A stretch of DNA of 63,969 bases, the filler included, from Folioceros fuciformis (Eukaryota): NCBI GenBank assembly GCA_049999805.1. It is 7 parts of 7 records of this genome, joined end to end, with 100 filler letters (N's around TTAATTAATTAA, not from the genome) between each part and the next. Parts side by side here need not be neighbours in the genome. Positions count along the whole stretch, not along the records: positions 56,838 to 61,469 come from JBNGIO010005904.1; positions 61,570 to 62,809 come from JBNGIO010005905.1; positions 62,910 to 63,969 come from JBNGIO010005945.1; 4 more parts are not named here. The stretch is one strand, 5' to 3'. A program made the position numbers and the translations under genes. Position 1 is the first letter of the stretch. Every line of letters begins with the position of its first letter. Below, piece after piece: positions 59,801-63,969 of the stretch. The notes under the pieces were generated by a model, which ran no database searches, had not been told where the DNA came from, and worked only from the letters and a program-made list of their open reading frames with translations.

Positions 59801-61217
59801 TCAAGTCCGTGGACTAGACTACATACCTTGGGCCACTTATGCTCCTGTAGCTAAGTTTGCTACTCTTCGTATGATTTTCGCTATATGTGCCCAGTATGAT
59901 CTTGAACTTCATATGATGGATGTGAAGACACCATACTTGTATGAGCGCTTGAAAGAAGAAATATACATGAAGCAACATGAGGGTTATGAGGTCAAAGGAA
60001 AGGAGCATTTAGTATGTAAACTCATTAAGGGCATATACGGACTCAAGCAATCCGGCAAAAATTGGAACTTGACTATCCACATACAACTCTTGAACAAGGG
60101 ATTTAAGCAAAGTAAAGGTGATGCTTGCTTATACATTTACCTTAAGGAAAATGATATATTTTACCTTTTACTATACGTCGATGACGTTTTTATGGCAACA
60201 AACTCTCTCATTCTCCTAGCTGAGATAAAAGCATGGCTTCGCACATTATATGAGACGACCGACTTAGGAGAAATGAATTATGCACTTGGAGTAAATATTA
60301 TCCGTGATAGGAGTAATAAAAAGTTGAGCATAGTTCAAACCAAGTATATAAAGGAGAGTTTAGCAAAGTTTGGAATGGAAGATGCAAAGCCTGCACCCAC
60401 ACCTTTTGCTAGTGGCATNNNNNNNNNNNNNNNNNNNNNNNNNNNNNNNNNNNNNNNNNNNNNNNNNNNNNNNNNNNNNNNNNNNNNNNNNNNNNNNNNN
60501 NNNNNNNNNNNNNNNNNNGAGAAATTGGAAATGGCATCTGTCCCATATCGACATGCTGTTGGCACACTCATATATTTAAGCAATTTTACTAGACTTGATA
60601 TTTCTTTTGAAGTCAGCTCTTGTTCACAGTTTTTGGAGAACCATGGACATCAACATTGGATGTCAGTTAAGCGTATTTTCCGTTACCTTAAAGGGACTAT
60701 GCAAACAGGACTGACATTTAAGCATACACCAACAATCAAAACATTAACACTTACGGCATATGCCGATGCTGATTATGCTGGTAACCCTGATACACGAAAA
60801 TCCGAATCAGGTTATGTTTTACTTCTTGAAGGAGCTCCAATATCATGGTCCAGTAAGAAACAGCCTACCATAGCCTTGTCTAGTATTGAATCTGAATATT
60901 GAGTACTAACCTCTGTTTCCAAGGATATTGTATGGTCTAGGCTAGTCTTAAGTGAACTTAATCACCTTTAGCAAAAATCAACACCTCTCTTTAGTGATAG
61001 TCAGGACGCCATAGCACTTGCTAGAAACCCTGTTTTCCATTCTAGAACTAAACACATAGCTATTGAATATCACTATATCAGAGAAAAGTTGGAAGATAAC
61101 ACTATAGATATCACTTATATACCAACACAAAACAATCTAGCTGATTTATTAACAAAGTCATTAGGGAGAGATCTACATTTAAAACACATGAAAATGTTAG
61201 GAATTCAAGAGGTTTAA
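56838..61217 (+). mobile_element. Ty1/copia family C, nearly complete gag-pol (few stops and frameshifts), LTRs not seen
   Basis: gag with RG repeat and CNWCRIPNHMEKDC, protease WYLDCGAT, LWHCRLGHP, RSDNGGEF, LYVDDVF, ADADYAG, RTKHI. Confidence 0.93.
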
Positions 61218-61569
61218 GACAACTAGCTAGTCTGTGTAATTGTATTTTTCCTACAGTCCACACATCTGGTCTAGCATAGTAATTTCCTCCCCTAACTCTA
61301 TGTAGTCTTCACTATACTCCTTATCTTCTCTCTCTAATGCCCAGAAGGATCTTCCTTAGTATTAGGATCATCACGATCTTCCTCAGTACCTGGTATTTGT
61401 GCCGCCTTGCGGTACCACATGAGGTTTGTATGATTTGCCAGCTTCCTTTCTTCTTTTTTCCTCGCAAGCNNNNNNNNNNNNNNNNNNNNNNNNNNNNNNN
61501 NNNNNNNNNNNNNTTAATTAATTAANNNNNNNNNNNNNNNNNNNNNNNNNNNNNNNNNNNNNNNNNNNN

Positions 61570-62809
61570 GTACCAATGAGAGTGCCAAGTTCTGGTGGGA
61601 TGGTGCCCTGTAGCTGGTTGAGGGACACATCAAATATTGTATTCGCCTTGAGGAGATACGGGAGTGGCTCCTTACTGAAGGGAAAATATATTGCTTCATA
61701 TACAGTGGTCCTTGCAACATCTGGGTCCACCGTTGCATGTTGGAAACCTTTCAGGCCACTGAAAATCTCGCTGGGAATGGTTTGAGTGAAAGAGTTGTTG
61801 GACAGCACCAGTGCCTGCAGCTGAGGCAACCCTCCCAGCCACTTGGGGATCGCCCCGGTGAGATTGTTGCTGCCGAGATTCAACACGCGCAAATCCACAA
61901 GCTTCTGTAGCTCTGAGGGAATGCTTCCGCACTGCTGGTTGTCGTGGATGTCTAAGACAATGAGAGCAGTGCAATTTCCCAAACTCGTTGGTATACGACC
62001 AGACAAGGCATTTGATCCTAAGACCAAAATCGTTAGCTTCTTCGCGTTTCCTATATTCTCTGGAATGGGACCTGGCATTGGGGTTGACATGACAAGCATT
62101 AGGTCTCGGAAGAGTCCCTGGAAGCAATGTAAATTACACTTTGCAATCTGCACAATGAAATGGCATATGAACGAGGTACGAGCAGAGGTAACTGTACCTT
62201 CCACATGACCGCCTTGGAGAACGAACCTCTGTAGCGATGTCATATTTTCAAACAGGTTGCTAGGGATCGATCCGTTCAGCCTAGCCGACGAGATCTCAAC
62301 ATCTGTGAGCTGTGACAACTTGCCAAACCCTTCAGGAATGGAGCCCTCTACATTGGTGTGCCCGAGATTGAATACTGTGAGCTGTGACAAATTGGTAAAC
62401 CCTTCAGGAATGGATCCCTCCACATTGGTGCCCCCGAGAATGAATACTGTGAGCTGTGACAACTTGGTAAACCATTCAGGAATTGTTCCCTCAACATTGG
62501 TGTCCGCGAGATTGGCTTCTTGAAGGCCGGAGAGACTGCCCATTGAAGCCGGAAGGGGACCTTCAAAGCCGTTGTTGTTCAAGTAGAGTCGAGTCATGTT
62601 CACATTCATATCGGGGATGGGTCCCGACAGATTATTATAGCCCAGATTCAAGTGGGTGAGTGGTAATTTTTCCCATCTCGAGGGGAGCTTCCCGTAGAAA
62701 TAATTGTTGCTTAACTCGAGAAATATTAACCTACCAAGCCTCAGCATGCTGGGGGGGATGCTGCCAGACAGACCGCAGGATCTCAAATCCAAGTATGTGA
62801 GAGAGTTGA
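61570..62809 (-). CDS. Leucine-rich-repeat receptor-like protein/kinase, internal fragment; probable intron 62197-62072
   Basis: Plant extracellular LRR consensus LxxLxLxxNxLxGxIP repeated; island-like segment before NTIFDVSLNQLQGTIPPELG; both ends cut by spacers. Confidence 0.88.
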
Positions 62810-63085
62810 NNNNNNNNNNNNNNNNNNNNNNNNNNNNNNNNNNNNNNNNNNNNTTAATTAATTAANNNNNNNNNNNNNNNNNNNNNNNNNNNNNNNNNNN
62901 NNNNNNNNNCATCGAGCTAGAGTGAACTAAACCATGTTACAAGGCTTGCTTGCGGCTAATCCAAAAGGGCATGCACAACCACAAGCACAAAAGGAACCAT
63001 ATGGCGCACAAGATACTAGCTCGTCGCCGCGTTGGAGTGCCAAGTGCTCCAATTTACTTTGAGGCACTAGTTGCCATGAACGTTG

Positions 63086-63676
63086 TCAATGGACGCGGTA
63101 GTACTCCCAAAGGCTTATGCGTGGCTTTGGATCCACCTGCGGTTTTCTTGGTGACCACCAATCGTACTTTCCAGTGTCCTGCGTATCCATCGCATTCGCA
63201 TGACTACTCGGCCACAAGATTTCCGATGAACCTACCTCACATAGGTTCTCAACACCAAACTCCTTGGATTTTCCAGCTCCTTTCAAGATGCAAAGTACGG
63301 TCATCGCCAAGTGCTTTCCCTTTTGTAGTCCATCTTCTAAAAGGGCATCGAGTTTTGGATCACGAGGAAGTTGGAGAACCACGGCTCCACCATTCTTTCC
63401 ATGTTGTAAGGTTACCCGTTTCGGCCCTTGAGATGCTTGGCTTATTGGCATCACTGAGTACTTTGCGCGTAAAACCTCAACCACGTGACATTGCTTGGAG
63501 TGTAGGATGTAGTCATGGACTTCTTGATGCGTGAGAACGTCTTCTCCCCTCAAGAAGTAGAACTTTCCGCCTTTTGTGTTCTCTCGTACGATACATGGCC
63601 GACCTCCTAGAAGGATGTTGTCTCCGATAGCGACATCAGCTACTTGCTTCAAAGCAAGACCCGGCAAGTGTTGCAT
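63086..63676 (-). CDS. Divergent eIF5A-like protein lacking the hypusine loop, intronless, 196 aa
   Basis: Colinear with eIF5A: GDNILLGGRPCIV ~ GGHIVIKNRPCKV; GEDVLT..VHDYILHSKQCHV..V.R..Y ~ AIDIFT..LEDIVPSSHNCDVP.V.R..Y; LQLPRD ~ LKLPTD; GLQKGKHLAMTVL ~ GFDEGKDIVVSVM. Confidence 0.7.
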   Translation of the reverse strand: MQHLPGLALKQVADVAIGDNILLGGRPCIVRENTKGGKFYFLRGEDVLTHQEVHDYILHSKQCHVVEVLRAKYSVMPISQASQGPKRVTLQHGKNGGAVVLQLPRDPKLDALLEDGLQKGKHLAMTVLCILKGAGKSKEFGVENLCEVGSSEILWPSSHANAMDTQDTGKYDWWSPRKPQVDPKPRISLWEYYRVH

Positions 63677-63969
63677 TTGAGCCTAGAGAAGTCTTTTGAT
63701 TTGAGAAACAAGTATGGATGAAAGAACTTGGAGGGCGTTGGTAGAACGTCGCACTCTCCCGCTGTGGTGCAATAAGGTGCGTGTGTGTACTCGAGGACTA
63801 CCTACACCCTCTACATATAGTGGAGAGTCTCCTTGGGCTTTGAGTTTGAGCTTTATAGCACATTCTTATCACTATTCATGGTGATTTTGTGAAAGCGTCC
63901 TTGGGCTTTGAGTTTCCGCTCGATTGTGAAAGTCTTTGCGGGACTTTGAGTAGTTTTGGTGCATATAAT

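Noticed and set aside
45232-63969. Functional clustering of the DNMT-gypsy, LRR gene and eIF5A-like ORF
   Set aside because: They lie on separate, artificially joined contigs, so adjacency carries no information

Overview
Nuclear DNA of a seed-free land plant, most consistent with a hornwort-like genome (inferred from compact GC-rich genes, mostly ~75-125 nt introns and a PLS-class PPR). The window is seven contigs artificially joined by 44N-TTAATTAATTAA-44N spacers, so neighbourhoods across spacers mean nothing. Bases 1-12 kb hold six host genes: a CIR-N/zinc-knuckle protein, MHF1/CENP-S, Whirly, an MFT-like PEBP, SAP30BP and a cis-prenyltransferase. Bases 12-30 kb are a nest of degenerate Ty1/copia and Ty3/gypsy LTR retrotransposons. 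Bases 30-45 kb are a contig with an apparently perfect 10,803-bp-period duplication, carrying a CYP71-clan P450, a PPR pseudogene joined to a golgin GC5/TMF fragment, and a MULE relic. Bases 45-62 kb are more nested retrotransposons, followed by an LRR receptor-like fragment and an intronless eIF5A-derived ORF. Best leads: (1) a gypsy element carrying a DNMT3/DRM-like C5 cytosine methyltransferase C-terminus just upstream of its reverse transcriptase; (2) an eIF5A paralog that has lost the hypusine loop, reminiscent of fungal HEX-1; (3) a possible relic of a bacterial-type N4/N6 DNA methyltransferase inside repeat DNA. All family assignments come from remembered motifs read by eye; no database searches were run.
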